A stretch of DNA of 64,000 nt from Patescibacteria group bacterium (GCA_018818885.1 JAHIRB010000040.1:32985-96984), one strand, 5' to 3'. Shown: positions 1 through 9,946, counted from the stretch's first letter. Translations and numbers: made by a program. Notes: generated by a model not told the origin, from the letters alone.

Positions 1-2
1 TT

Positions 3-1097
3 ATGGATATGGATAAAAAATTAGGATTGATTATTGGTTCTGCATATAACGGTTCAATAAAAAAAATGATTTTTACAGTAATGAATTATTTATTACCAGA
101 AGAAGGCGTGTTGCCATTACATTGTGGAGCCAACGAAGACAAGGAGGGAAATACAGCACTTTTTTTAGGGCTTTCTGGGACAGGCAAAACATCTCTAGCA
201 ACAGACCCACAAAGAAAACTAATTGGCGATGATGAACATCTATGGTCTAACGACGGAATAGCAAATTTTGAAAGTGGTTGTTATGCAAAACTAATTAATT
301 TAAATCCTAAAAAAGAACCAGAAATATATAACGCTGTCTTTACTAACAGGCATCATTTGGAAGACGGTACAATCATTGAAAACGCCATGATATACCCTGA
401 TGGTTATATTGATTTAGATGATGAACGACTGTCTCAAAATTCACGCGTTTCATATCCAATTGAGTATTTGAGTAATGTTAACTTGCAAGGAAGTGGTGGT
501 CATCCTAAAACAATTATTTTTTTAACAGCTGATGCAAACGGAGTACTACCACCAGTTGCAAAATTGAATACAGAACAAGCAATGTTTTGGTTTTTAATGG
601 GATATACCTCAAAACTTGCAGGTACAGAAACTGGTGTGCTGGAACCAACAACAGTGTTCAGCAGATTTTTTGGCGAACCTTTTATGCCACGTAATCCAAA
701 TGATTATGCTGAACTATTAGGTGAAAAAATAAAAAAGTATAATACCAAAGTATTTTTAGTAAACACTGGCTGGACAGGTGGTCCGTATGGAGTAGGTGAA
801 AGAATAGATATTAGTATTAGTAGAAAAATAATTGATAACATCTTAAGCAATAAACTCGACAACGTAGAATATCAAAAAGATGAAAGATTTAAATTTTTTG
901 TTCCGAAGACTTGTGACGGGATTGATTCAAAAATATTAAATCCAGAAGAAAGTAATACTGATAAAAATGTTTTTAACAAAAGAGCAGATACATTGGCGCA
1001 AGAGTTTTACGGACATTTTACAAAAATGTATGTTGACAAAGTAGACAGAGACATTAAAGACCAGTGCCCCAAAAAGCTAAACGAAGTTTTTGTATAG
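3..1097 (+). CDS. pckA: phosphoenolpyruvate carboxykinase (ATP), C-terminal 364 aa; 5' end cut by window edge
   Basis: GLSGTGKTS P-loop and IGDDEH motif typical of ATP-dependent PEPCK; ORF open at position 3. Confidence 0.85.
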   Translation: MDMDKKLGLIIGSAYNGSIKKMIFTVMNYLLPEEGVLPLHCGANEDKEGNTALFLGLSGTGKTSLATDPQRKLIGDDEHLWSNDGIANFESGCYAKLINLNPKKEPEIYNAVFTNRHHLEDGTIIENAMIYPDGYIDLDDERLSQNSRVSYPIEYLSNVNLQGSGGHPKTIIFLTADANGVLPPVAKLNTEQAMFWFLMGYTSKLAGTETGVLEPTTVFSRFFGEPFMPRNPNDYAELLGEKIKKYNTKVFLVNTGWTGGPYGVGERIDISISRKIIDNILSNKLDNVEYQKDERFKFFVPKTCDGIDSKILNPEESNTDKNVFNKRADTLAQEFYGHFTKMYVDKVDRDIKDQCPKKLNEVFV

Positions 1098-1114
1098 ATT
1101 TATAAAAAGTAAAG

Positions 1115-1160
1115 CAAGACCCGGCGGTCTTGCTTTGTCACGTGACGTTGTTATAGGTTT
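1115..1160. terminator. bidirectional intrinsic terminator
   Basis: perfect 10-bp stem aagcaagacc/ggtcttgctt with 4-nt loop; T-run on the minus-strand side (tactttttataaa); followed by 10-bp palindrome gtcacgtgac. Confidence 0.5.
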
Positions 1161-1163
1161 CTC

Positions 1164-1331
1164 TTAAAATGAGAAAGGATTCAGTTTTAAGGCTTTATAG
1201 ATTAGAAAACTCGCCACCATAAAGCAAAAGATCATAATCCAAAGATTTACTGCCACAATACCACTTATTGCTGATATTACACCAAGAATTGCAAAAGCAA
1301 AAGCCTTCTTCCTAGCTTCCTGTTTTTTCAT
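1164..1331 (-). CDS. 55-aa single-TM small protein (basic N-terminus MKKQEARKK then hydrophobic helix); type-I-toxin-like
   Basis: ATG at 1331 preceded by AAAGGAGGA 9 nt upstream; terminator downstream; below ORF-track length cutoff. Confidence 0.4.
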   Translation of the reverse strand: MKKQEARKKAFAFAILGVISAISGIVAVNLWIMIFCFMVASFLIYKALKLNPFSF

Positions 1332-1396
1332 TTTGCCTATCCTCCTTTAGATATAGAATACTTCAAAAATAGCATAATATCAAGTATAATATAGGC

Positions 1397-2848
1397 ATGA
1401 AACAATCAGTTGCTAAAAACACTACCTGGTTTACTTCTTCGATGGTATTGCAAAAAATGCTATCGTTTATTTATTTTTGGTATATCTCAAACAACCTATT
1501 TCCTGATGCATTGGGTAAGTATGTTTTTGCGCTCTCTTTTACGACTTTATTTTCAATTTTTATTGATCTTGGTCTTTCACAGGTTTTAATTCGTGAATCT
1601 GCGAAACAAGTTTACAAAAGTAATGATTATTTAAAAAATGTTTTAGGTATCAAAATACCATTAGCAGTTATTACCATCATCGCTGCAGTTATTGGTATTA
1701 ATCTACTCGGCAGACCAGAGCTTGTTAAAATTCTTGTTTATCTAGCTTGTAGTATTATGGTGCTGGATTCTTTTACTTTGAGTTTTTATTCGATATTTAG
1801 ATCAGCACAGAATTTAAAGTTTGAAAGTATTGGTACAATTTTATTTCAAATTATCAATTTTGCGTTAGGTATTACAGCTTTGAAAATGACAGGAGATGTA
1901 CGATATCTTATGCTGGCTTTAGTAACTGCTAGTTTATTTAATTTTATTTTTTCTTTAAGTTTATTGAAATTGAAATTGAAATTTAGCTTAATGCCAGTGT
2001 GGCAAAAAGATGTCTTAAAACATTTTTTAAAAATTGTACCCGCGTTTGCTTTAGCTGGAATCTTTATTAAAATTTACAATACTTCAGATTCAGTTCTGTT
2101 AGGCATATTGGCTGATGATGAAGCAGTGGGATATTTTGCAGTGCCTGCTAAAGTAGTCTTTGCACTGCAGATGATAATACCGGGTTCTTTTGCCGCAGTT
2201 ATTTATCCAGCTTACAGTTATTTCTATATTAATTCAAAAGAAAAACTCAAACTTTTGTACGAAAAAGCATTTTTTTATTTAATGTTTTTAAGTATACCAA
2301 TGGCTTTAGGATTATTTATCTTAGCGCCAGAAATCATATATAAAATTTGGCCAGAATATTCTCCTGCCATACAGACTTTTAAAATCATGGCCTTAGCTAT
2401 GCCTTTTATCTTTTTAGCTTTTGCAACAGGAACTCTACTTAACGCATGTGATAGACAAAAAAATAACACCATCAACCGCGGAATCATTACCTTGATAAGT
2501 GTTGTGATAAATTTATTATTAATACCAGTTTATGCTCAGCTTGGTGCAGGAATTGCTTTTTTAATTACTAACGTAACTTTGTTGATATTAGATTTAATTT
2601 GGGTAGATAAAGTTCTAGTATATAGCAAAAAATATTTGTTGAATTCACTAATTAAAATACTAATCGCAGTAGCAGTAATGTCAGCTGTAATATATTATGT
2701 TGATATGAATTTGATGATCACTGTATCTGTAGGAGCAGTAGTATATATAGTGATTTCATATCTATTAAAAACTTTTACTTTAGATGATATTAAATTGTTT
2801 ACTAATACAATGAGAAGAAATGAAGAAAACACTACTAGTAACAATTGA
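1397..2848 (+). CDS. polysaccharide biosynthesis flippase (Wzx-like, MOP superfamily), ~12 TM
   Basis: 483-aa polytopic membrane protein with typical Wzx hydrophobic profile; embedded in glycosyltransferase cluster. Confidence 0.65.
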   Translation: MKQSVAKNTTWFTSSMVLQKMLSFIYFWYISNNLFPDALGKYVFALSFTTLFSIFIDLGLSQVLIRESAKQVYKSNDYLKNVLGIKIPLAVITIIAAVIGINLLGRPELVKILVYLACSIMVLDSFTLSFYSIFRSAQNLKFESIGTILFQIINFALGITALKMTGDVRYLMLALVTASLFNFIFSLSLLKLKLKFSLMPVWQKDVLKHFLKIVPAFALAGIFIKIYNTSDSVLLGILADDEAVGYFAVPAKVVFALQMIIPGSFAAVIYPAYSYFYINSKEKLKLLYEKAFFYLMFLSIPMALGLFILAPEIIYKIWPEYSPAIQTFKIMALAMPFIFLAFATGTLLNACDRQKNNTINRGIITLISVVINLLLIPVYAQLGAGIAFLITNVTLLILDLIWVDKVLVYSKKYLLNSLIKILIAVAVMSAVIYYVDMNLMITVSVGAVVYIVISYLLKTFTLDDIKLFTNTMRRNEENTTSNN

Positions 2849-3830
2849 TTTTCCACCTAACCTGGGTGGAGTAGCAAAGTATTATCAAGATATATGTAAT
2901 GATTTTGAATCAGATAAGATTGTTGTTTTGACTATGAACCAAGAAAAATCAGAAGAGTTTGACAGCCAGCAAAAGTATAAAATATATCGAAATGATTTAT
3001 TGTATAAATTTATTTGGCCAAAGTGGTTAAAAATGATATTCGCAATAAAAAAAATAGTTAAACAAGAAAATATTGGACACATTCATGTAGGACAAATTTT
3101 ACCAGTTGGAGAAGCAGTATTGTTTACCAGATTGCCCTTTACTGTATTTGCTCACGGCATGGATATCACAATTCCGCAAAATAACTTACGTAAAAAAATT
3201 GTATTAAAAAAGATAATTAAAAAGTCAGAAAAACTAATTGCTAATAGTAATTTTACCAAGCAAGAATTAGTCAAACTAGGTGCTGGTGAGAATAAAGTTG
3301 AAATCATACATCCCAAACCAAACAAAAAGTTACTAGACTTGGTTGATCAGAATGTAATAAATCAAATTAAAGAAAAGTATAACTTACAGAATAAAAAAGT
3401 ACTATTAAGCGTTGGTAGGTTAGTGAAAAGAAAGGGTTTTGACGATGTTATCATAGCTTTACCAGAAGTATTGAAAGAAATACCAAATTTAGTCTATATC
3501 ATTATAGGTGATGGACCAGAGAGGAAAAATCTTAATAAAGTAATTCAAGATTCAAAATTAAGTAATGTTGTGATAACTGGTAGCGTCAACGAAAAAGAAC
3601 TAGCTGCATACTATAGTTTATGTGATGCATTTATTATGACATCAAAACAATTAGATAATGGTGATGTCGAAGGGTTTGGAATAGTATATTTAGAAGCAGA
3701 TATGTTTAATAAGCCAGTGATTGGACGAGATAGCGGTGGTATAAAAGATGCAATTGATTTATGCCAAGACAAGATATTAATTAGGTCAGAGAGGGAGATT
3801 GCTTTAAGTATAATTAGATATTTAAAATAA
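2820..3830 (+). CDS. glycosyltransferase family 1 (GT4-like)
   Basis: C-terminal EGFGIVYLEA / GxxGG motifs of GT-B retaining glycosyltransferases. Confidence 0.75.
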   Translation: MKKTLLVTIDFPPNLGGVAKYYQDICNDFESDKIVVLTMNQEKSEEFDSQQKYKIYRNDLLYKFIWPKWLKMIFAIKKIVKQENIGHIHVGQILPVGEAVLFTRLPFTVFAHGMDITIPQNNLRKKIVLKKIIKKSEKLIANSNFTKQELVKLGAGENKVEIIHPKPNKKLLDLVDQNVINQIKEKYNLQNKKVLLSVGRLVKRKGFDDVIIALPEVLKEIPNLVYIIIGDGPERKNLNKVIQDSKLSNVVITGSVNEKELAAYYSLCDAFIMTSKQLDNGDVEGFGIVYLEADMFNKPVIGRDSGGIKDAIDLCQDKILIRSEREIALSIIRYLK

Positions 3831-3837
3831 AAAGAAA

Positions 3838-3860
3838 GGGTACCCCGAAAGGTACCCTGT
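3838..3860. terminator. hairpin gggtacc-ccgaaa-ggtaccc, T-run on minus side
   Basis: 7-bp perfect stem; minus strand followed by tttctttttatttt. Confidence 0.45.
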
Positions 3861-3886
3861 AATCAGGCAAAAAATATTGCATATTT

Positions 3887-4024
3887 CTACTTTTTTTCTA
3901 ATAAGCACTTGCCGGTTATTTTATCGTATCGGAACAATGTTATGTTGTGATTTAGTATTGCTACGTTTGTCATGCGAGCAGTTGCATTAAACGGCACACC
4001 ATAAGTTTTGTAGTAGTAATACAT
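3887..4024 (-). CDS. 45-aa small ORF (MYYYYKTYGVPFN...)
   Basis: ATG preceded by TGGAGGG (4-nt spacer); own AT-rich upstream region and the 3838-3860 terminator downstream; not in ORF track. Confidence 0.3.
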   Translation of the reverse strand: MYYYYKTYGVPFNATARMTNVAILNHNITLFRYDKITGKCLLEKK

Positions 4025-4079
4025 GTTTCCCTCCATTCGGTTGCCTGATTAAAAAGTATTTTATAATAATATAAGTAAT

Positions 4080-4790
4080 ATGTCAACAATAGGTATAATA
4101 ATACCAACATATAATAACGAGAAAGAAATTTATCAATGCTTAGATAGCATATTTAAGCAAAGTTTTAATGATTTTGAAATTGTAATAGTTAATGATGGAT
4201 CAACTGACAATACTTTAAATGAAATTAACAAGTATATAGATCAATTAGATCAAGTTGATAAAAAAAAGATAAAAGTTATATCACAAGAAAACAAAGGTTC
4301 TAATCCCGCACGAAATAGGGGAGCAAAAGAAATAAAAAATGTAAAATATGTATTATTTTGCGACGCCGATGTCACTTTAAATAAAAACTTTCTACAATTG
4401 ACTAATGAGGTCTTAGAAAATCATCCAGAAAAATCATATTGTTATACCTCATTTGTCTATGGCTATAAAAAATTCAAATTGTACCCATTTAATGCTGAAA
4501 AACTTAAAAAGATGCCTTACATCAATACTCAATCATTAATTCGATTTGATCACTTTCCAGGATTTGATGAAAATATTAAGCGCCTACAAGACTGGGATTT
4601 GTTTTTAACAATGTTGGAACAGAGTCATGAAGGAATTTGGCTTGACAAAGTTATGTTTAAAATTAGTACTAAATCAGGAAAAATCAGTGGAAAATGGCTA
4701 CCATCTTTCATGTACAAATTACCCTTTTTAAAAACCGTAAAAGAATATAATAAAGCAGTAGAAATTATTAAACAAAAACATCACCTATAA
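4080..4790 (+). CDS. glycosyltransferase family 2
   Basis: N-terminal IIIPTYNNE...DGSTD GT-A signature. Confidence 0.8.
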   Translation: MSTIGIIIPTYNNEKEIYQCLDSIFKQSFNDFEIVIVNDGSTDNTLNEINKYIDQLDQVDKKKIKVISQENKGSNPARNRGAKEIKNVKYVLFCDADVTLNKNFLQLTNEVLENHPEKSYCYTSFVYGYKKFKLYPFNAEKLKKMPYINTQSLIRFDHFPGFDENIKRLQDWDLFLTMLEQSHEGIWLDKVMFKISTKSGKISGKWLPSFMYKLPFLKTVKEYNKAVEIIKQKHHL

Positions 4791-4791
4791 T

Positions 4792-5652
4792 ATGAAGCTT
4801 TCAATCATAATTGTTACATGGAATGTAAAAGACTACTTAAAAAAATGTCTTGAATCTATTTATAAAAATCAAGGTGATTTAGATGTTGAAGTAATAGTTG
4901 TTGATAATGCATCAACTGACAACACATCTGACATGGCAAGGAGAGAGTTTCCCAAAGTAAAACTCATAACAAACCAAAATAACAATGGCTTTGCTAAAGC
5001 GAACAATCAAGGAATAAAAATTGCTAAAGGCGAGTACGTATTGTTTCTAAACCCAGACACTGAAATATTATCAAACACTTTTAAAGATTCTATTGATTTT
5101 TTTGAAAAACACAAAGACACTGGCGCTGTCGGCTGTCAAATTCTTAATACGGATAGCACAATCCAGCGATCAGTTCGAAGATTTCCAACTTTTTGGTCAC
5201 AAATGCTAATACTATACAAGCTCCATCATTTGCTACCAAGCTTGAGAACATTTAGGAATTATTTCGCTCAGGACTTTGACTATTCAAAAGAATCAGAAGT
5301 TGATCAAATTATGGGTGCCTTTATTCTGACCAAGCGTGACATCATTAATAAAATAGGGGATTTTGACGAAATTTTTTATTTATGGTTTGAGGAAGTAGAT
5401 TTTTGTAAACGTTTGATAAAGAATGAATATAAGGTTTATTACACGCCCAAAGCCAAAATAATACATCATGGTTCGCTAAGTTTTAATCAAAAGTTAACAG
5501 TAGAAAAACAAAAAATATTTAACAAATCAATGAGATATTATTTTAAAAAGCATCATAATAAATTTTCTTGGTTTATGATTGCTTCTACACATTTTGATAG
5601 TTTGTTTTTAGCTTTTTTTGCAGGATTATTTAAGAAGAAAAATGGAAATTAA
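4792..5652 (+). CDS. glycosyltransferase family 2
   Basis: LSIIIVTWN...DNASTDNT GT-A signature. Confidence 0.8.
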   Translation: MKLSIIIVTWNVKDYLKKCLESIYKNQGDLDVEVIVVDNASTDNTSDMARREFPKVKLITNQNNNGFAKANNQGIKIAKGEYVLFLNPDTEILSNTFKDSIDFFEKHKDTGAVGCQILNTDSTIQRSVRRFPTFWSQMLILYKLHHLLPSLRTFRNYFAQDFDYSKESEVDQIMGAFILTKRDIINKIGDFDEIFYLWFEEVDFCKRLIKNEYKVYYTPKAKIIHHGSLSFNQKLTVEKQKIFNKSMRYYFKKHHNKFSWFMIASTHFDSLFLAFFAGLFKKKNGN

Positions 5653-7153
5653 TAAGATTTTTAAATTCACATTTATCTTGTTTGTAATACTAGAAGCATT
5701 GTCGCTTTTAGTATTTTTTAATCCTTTATTTAATGCTTTGATATTTTTAGCTATTGTTTTAGTCACCCTAGTTTTATCTATAAAGAATCTTCAATACGGT
5801 TTACTGATAATTTTGACTGAGCTTTTCATCGGAGGTAAAGGATATCTTTTTGCTATAAATTTTGGCCAAACATCAATTTCCATCCGCATGGGTTTGTTTC
5901 TGGCAATATTAGGAGTGTGGTTATATAAAGAATATATAGACAGACATAATCTAATATCAAAATATTCATCACTAATAAAGAAAAATGGCTTACTGCTTAC
6001 TGCTTACTGCTTACTGCTTATCTCCATAGCCTATGGAATAATCAATGGATTACTAAAAAATAATTTCAACCTCGCTTACTTCGACTTCAACTCTTGGTTC
6101 TTCTTTGCCTTATTTCTGATTTTTATACAGTCGATCAATCTTGACTTACTTAAAAAGGTCACCTCCATTCTTTTAGCTTCTGTTACTTGGGTTAGCTTAA
6201 AAACTATTATTGTTTTGTATTTGTTCTCACATCGTTTTGTAATAATTGGTGATGGATTTTACAAGTGGTTACGCGACACTGGAGTAGGGGAAATAACACA
6301 TATTCAAGATGATATATTCAGAGTATTTTTTCAATCACATATCTTTGTCCTAATTGGTTTTTTTGTTTTGTTAACGTTATTTGTTTATTCTATTAAAGAC
6401 AAACAGATTTTTGCAAAAAGCAAATGGTCAAATCAATTATTCATTTTGACACTTTTTACAATACTAGTTAGCACTACATTATTGATCAGTCAGTCTAGGA
6501 GTTTCTGGGTAGCAGGTTTAGTAACATTTTTTGGTGCATTGATATTTTACTTATTCAAACTCAAGCTTAAAAGAAATATCATTATTGGCTTACTAGTATT
6601 TATATTGATTTTAGGTATTTTTGATTCTGTAGCTATTTGGTTAATAACACAAAGCTCATCAATAGAACTTCTCATGGCTAGATCCACAGAAGTGACTACC
6701 GAAGCTGCTAGTAGCTCACGTATTAATCAACTACAGCCAATTTTTGCAGAAATAAAAAAAGCCCCGCTATTGGGACATGGCTTTGGTAAAACTGTTACTT
6801 ATAAATCTGCAGATCCGCGCATAGTTTCGCAAAATCCTGACGGCATGTATACCACTTATGCCTTTGAGTGGGGGTATTTAGATACTTGGCTAGAAATTGG
6901 TCTGATTGGACTGCTGATTTACTTAATCTTGATTGGTTTACTTATTCTTTATGGACTTAAACTCTACAAAACATCTGGACATAAGACATTAATACTTGGA
7001 CTTTTGCTTGGATTAACATCTTTAGTCATTGCCAACGTATTTACCCCATACCTTAACCATCCACTCGGAATAGGTTATGTGTTGCTGCTGACAGCGCTGT
7101 TCCAAAAAGAAAAGCGACCCGACGACATAATAATGTCACCGGGTCAAAACTAG
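5642..7153 (+). CDS. O-antigen ligase/polymerase-like (Wzy_C family) membrane protein
   Basis: multi-TM protein with large loop, located after flippase and GTs; start taken at MEINKIF (5642). Confidence 0.55.
   Translation: MEINKIFKFTFILFVILEALSLLVFFNPLFNALIFLAIVLVTLVLSIKNLQYGLLIILTELFIGGKGYLFAINFGQTSISIRMGLFLAILGVWLYKEYIDRHNLISKYSSLIKKNGLLLTAYCLLLISIAYGIINGLLKNNFNLAYFDFNSWFFFALFLIFIQSINLDLLKKVTSILLASVTWVSLKTIIVLYLFSHRFVIIGDGFYKWLRDTGVGEITHIQDDIFRVFFQSHIFVLIGFFVLLTLFVYSIKDKQIFAKSKWSNQLFILTLFTILVSTTLLISQSRSFWVAGLVTFFGALIFYLFKLKLKRNIIIGLLVFILILGIFDSVAIWLITQSSSIELLMARSTEVTTEAASSSRINQLQPIFAEIKKAPLLGHGFGKTVTYKSADPRIVSQNPDGMYTTYAFEWGYLDTWLEIGLIGLLIYLILIGLLILYGLKLYKTSGHKTLILGLLLGLTSLVIANVFTPYLNHPLGIGYVLLLTALFQKEKRPDDIIMSPGQN
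5989..6020 (+). repeat. heptanucleotide tandem repeat (cttactg) x4.4 inside the Wzy-like coding region
   Basis: cttactgcttactgcttactgcttactgctta read directly; unit length not divisible by 3. Confidence 0.8.
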
Positions 7154-7175
7154 GAGTTACAGCATGTATTCAATA

Positions 7176-7334
7176 TTACATAATTTGACCGCAATAGAAA
7201 CAAGCGCACGTCTCGGGATCATACATGTGAGTTTTCCTCCAAAGAAAAACTGAATTTTTCTCACAATAATTTTTAGCTGCAAACAACAGTAAGTGTCCTA
7301 ATGCCCAAAAGAAAATCGCACCTAGACCAATCAT
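7176..7334 (-). CDS. 52-aa small membrane protein with C-terminal Cys cluster (CEKN...ETCACFYCGQIM)
   Basis: ATG at 7334 with AAAGGAGGC 8 nt upstream, immediately downstream of fmt stop (7349); not in ORF track. Confidence 0.4.
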   Translation of the reverse strand: MIGLGAIFFWALGHLLLFAAKNYCEKNSVFLWRKTHMYDPETCACFYCGQIM

Positions 7335-7348
7335 TTAAATCGCCTCCT

Positions 7349-8293
7349 TTATCCAAGTTGTGAACCCACGAAATCTGAATAGCCATTTACAAAATCATTA
7401 GCTGACATTACTTTTTTCCCTTCCATTTGAAGGGATTTTATGTGAATTGCATGCTCTTTGCATTTTATCAAAACTTCGTTATTTTGTCCTAAAAATACCT
7501 CTCCATTCTTTAATTTTGCCCCTATTTCACCCTCAAAAACGCTCAAATCAATGATTTTAAGACGTTTTTTGTCATAATGAGTAAATATACCAGGCCAAGA
7601 TTGAAAGGCTCTAAATTGACGTTCTATCTCAACAGCTTTTTTGCTCCAATCAATCTTGCCAGCATCGCGTCCAAGCTCCTTTGTCATGGTCATTTTCGAT
7701 TCATCTTGTTCTATGATTTGAGCAGTGCCATCAATGTAATGAGGTAATATTTCGATTAATATTTCTGCTCCAACTTCTGCTAATTTATCATGCAAAGTTA
7801 TGTTAGTATCTTCATTTGATATTAAATATTCTTTTTGTGCTACAATAGGTCCTGCGTCCAGTTTTTGGACAAGTCTGATAATTGTTACACCTGTAATTTT
7901 ATCACCATTAAGTATTGCATGTTGAATGGGAGAAGCACCACGATATTTTGGTAAAAGTGACGGGTGTACATTCAAAATTCCTAGTGGAAGCATATCAATA
8001 ATGTTATTTGGAATAAGTTCTGCGTAAGCTGCCAAAATTCCTAAATCAGCATTTATATTATTTAGTTGATCTAAAAAATCAGCCTCACTTACTTTTTGTG
8101 GTTGAAGAATTTTTAGATTATGCTTTTTTGCAATAACTTTAACTGGTGTTTCAGTCAATTCTTGTTTTCTGCCTGACGGCCGGTCTGGTTGAGTGACTAC
8201 TGCTTTAATCTTAAAATGACTTAATAGTTTTTCTAAAATTAATGCTGACATTTCGGATGTACCAAAATATATAATTATTTTAGCAGTAGTCAT
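7349..8293 (-). CDS. fmt: methionyl-tRNA formyltransferase
   Basis: HPSLLPKYRGASPIQ formyltransferase motif, 314 aa, adjacent to def. Confidence 0.9.
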   Translation of the reverse strand: MTTAKIIIYFGTSEMSALILEKLLSHFKIKAVVTQPDRPSGRKQELTETPVKVIAKKHNLKILQPQKVSEADFLDQLNNINADLGILAAYAELIPNNIIDMLPLGILNVHPSLLPKYRGASPIQHAILNGDKITGVTIIRLVQKLDAGPIVAQKEYLISNEDTNITLHDKLAEVGAEILIEILPHYIDGTAQIIEQDESKMTMTKELGRDAGKIDWSKKAVEIERQFRAFQSWPGIFTHYDKKRLKIIDLSVFEGEIGAKLKNGEVFLGQNNEVLIKCKEHAIHIKSLQMEGKKVMSANDFVNGYSDFVGSQLG

Positions 8294-8780
8294 TTTTTTT
8301 CATCTCCTCAAGTTTATCTTTTCCTTTGGTAATTTCTTTAGCTTTATCAATGAATAATACTCCTCGTAAATGATCAATTTCGTGTTGGATAACACGTGCG
8401 AACAAATCTTCTGCAATAAATTTTATTTTTTTGCCTTGTTTGTCAAATGCGGTTACTCGAATTATTTTATGCCGGTTGACCATTCCATAAATATCTGGCA
8501 GACTAAGGCATCCTTCTTCTGCTGATTCTTTTTTCCATGATTTTCTCATTATCTTTGGGTTGATTAAAACTATTGATCCGTCCGAAGTATTGATTACCAC
8601 CATATTAATATTTTTTCCAATCTGTGGTGCTGCCAATCCAAGTCCATCCTTTTCTTGCATGGTTTTATCCATATCCAAAATCAGCTGTTGAAATTCTTTA
8701 GATTTAAAATCAACAACTTTTTTAGATTTCTTGCGAAGATCTTTGCAGGGAAAATATGTGATGGGTAATAGCTTTGCCAT
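8280..8780 (-). CDS. def: peptide deformylase
   Basis: GxGLAAPQ, EGCLS and HEIDHL motifs; start taken at MAKLLPIT. Confidence 0.9.
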   Translation of the reverse strand: MAKLLPITYFPCKDLRKKSKKVVDFKSKEFQQLILDMDKTMQEKDGLGLAAPQIGKNINMVVINTSDGSIVLINPKIMRKSWKKESAEEGCLSLPDIYGMVNRHKIIRVTAFDKQGKKIKFIAEDLFARVIQHEIDHLRGVLFIDKAKEITKGKDKLEEMKKNDYC

Positions 8781-8951
8781 AATTAATAGATTATAGCAGT
8801 GAATCAGGATTAATGTCAACGATCCAGTCGTCAGGAACTTGCGACATTATTTTTCCTTTTTCTTTTTGAGATATTGAATTAGATAATTTTATAACTACAT
8901 ACCAACGATACCTGCCGCGAACTCTTGGCACATATTCTGCTCAAGAAATCC

Positions 8952-9209
8952 TCAATTGACGGTTTCTTTGTTATTTACAAGTTTAAAAAAATATTTCCAG
9001 CATTCGCCGGTCTTGCAGAGTTCCTTGGTGTCATTGAGCCATTTTTCCACTTCGTTTTTTGAGTTTTTTTTGCAAACCAAAAAGACTGAATTTCTTTTTT
9101 GAGGAGGGATGTTTAACTCGTCAATTATCCTTAAAGCTAAATCCTGCCATGGGTAAGCTGGTGCTTTAATGGTTTGTTTCTTATTTAAAATGTCTTTGAT
9201 GTTATCCAT
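8952..9209 (-). CDS. hypothetical protein (85 aa)
   Basis: ORF only. Confidence 0.4.
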   Translation of the reverse strand: MDNIKDILNKKQTIKAPAYPWQDLALRIIDELNIPPQKRNSVFLVCKKNSKNEVEKWLNDTKELCKTGECWKYFFKLVNNKETVN

Positions 9210-9318
9210 AGCATTTGTATTATATCAAAAATACCCAAAGATTTAGGCAAACGAACATACTGAATTATTTCTACATATTTTGGCATACAAAGTTATTTTA
9301 ACATTTATACAAAAAGAG

Positions 9319-9353
9319 AAGAAGACCGTGCATAAAAAGCTTCCGGTCTTCTT
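9319..9353 (-). terminator. intrinsic terminator ending the Memo-like/small-ORF operon
   Basis: 10-bp perfect stem aagaagaccg/cggtcttctt, followed on minus strand by ctcttttt. Confidence 0.55.
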
Positions 9354-9378
9354 AATTTATCGAGTGTCTATACACTCA

Positions 9379-9582
9379 CTAAGCAGTTCTGAATATTACA
9401 GGATCTTCTTGCGCATTTTCATTAATTGCTTGCCTGTGTTCTTTTTCTATTTGTCGACATTGTTCGACCCACTGATCTGCAGACTCCCTGAGAGCTTTGA
9501 TGATTTTTGGGCTGAAATGTGTATGCGGTGGCATACCAACATAGTCATGACTTTCTGTGCATATTTCACACATATCACTCAA
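9379..9582 (-). CDS. 67-aa small protein P3 (MSDMCEICTESHDYVGMPPHTHF...)
   Basis: GC-richer than surroundings; TTG/ATG start after gagaaaggaa; last gene before terminator; preferred over overlapping plus-strand ORF 9280..9627 which is low-complexity. Confidence 0.4.
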   Translation of the reverse strand: MSDMCEICTESHDYVGMPPHTHFSPKIIKALRESADQWVEQCRQIEKEHRQAINENAQEDPVIFRTA

Positions 9583-9726
9583 ATTCCTTTCTCGTGGTTA
9601 ACAAATTTGTTGCTTTTGGTACACTAGTACCTGTGTAGAAGACAAATGATAGTACGGAGAAATTGCCACCAAGACAATTCAGAAAGAAATTCTTCAATGG
9701 TTTGTTCATAAGGATAATGACACATA

Positions 9727-9873
9727 TTAATCGTCTCCCGTATCAGGTGCTAAAGTTGATCGTATCCCAAATTTTTCCTCATACTTTTTGAGCACCACAC
9801 GCGCCTGACCAATTTCTTCATCTGTAACATTGTGAAGACCAACCTCGTTTGTGTTTTCTGATTCTAAGTTCAT
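9727..9873 (-). CDS. 48-aa small acidic protein P2 (MNLESENTNEVGLHNVTDEEIGQARVVLKKYEEKFGIRSTLAPDTGDD)
   Basis: ATG at 9873 preceded by G7 tract (tgggggggaattgacaa) acting as SD; not in ORF track. Confidence 0.4.
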   Translation of the reverse strand: MNLESENTNEVGLHNVTDEEIGQARVVLKKYEEKFGIRSTLAPDTGDD

Positions 9874-9946
9874 TTGTCAATTCCCCCCCAATTTTTTACC
9901 GCATTCCCAATTGATTACGTATTGCATCATCAAAATATTCAGTAGT

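Noticed and set aside
2275-2487. Short antisense ORFs inside long genes (also 2885..3082, 12470..12698, 17396..17728, 22137..23473, 33330..33944, 36875..37270, 37599..37958, 44948..45293, 45880..46110, 46153..46815, 48023..48289, 51871..52059, 53303..53578, 54053..54430, 57375..57866, 59282..59464, 59902..60258, 60658..60855, 61011..61229, 61766..62053)
   Set aside because: Embedded within or antisense to well-supported conserved genes; typical AT-rich spurious ORFs
9280-9627. 115-aa plus-strand ORF overlapping P3
   Set aside because: Low-complexity hydrophobic translation, no SD or promoter, runs antisense to a more protein-like ORF that is positioned before a terminator
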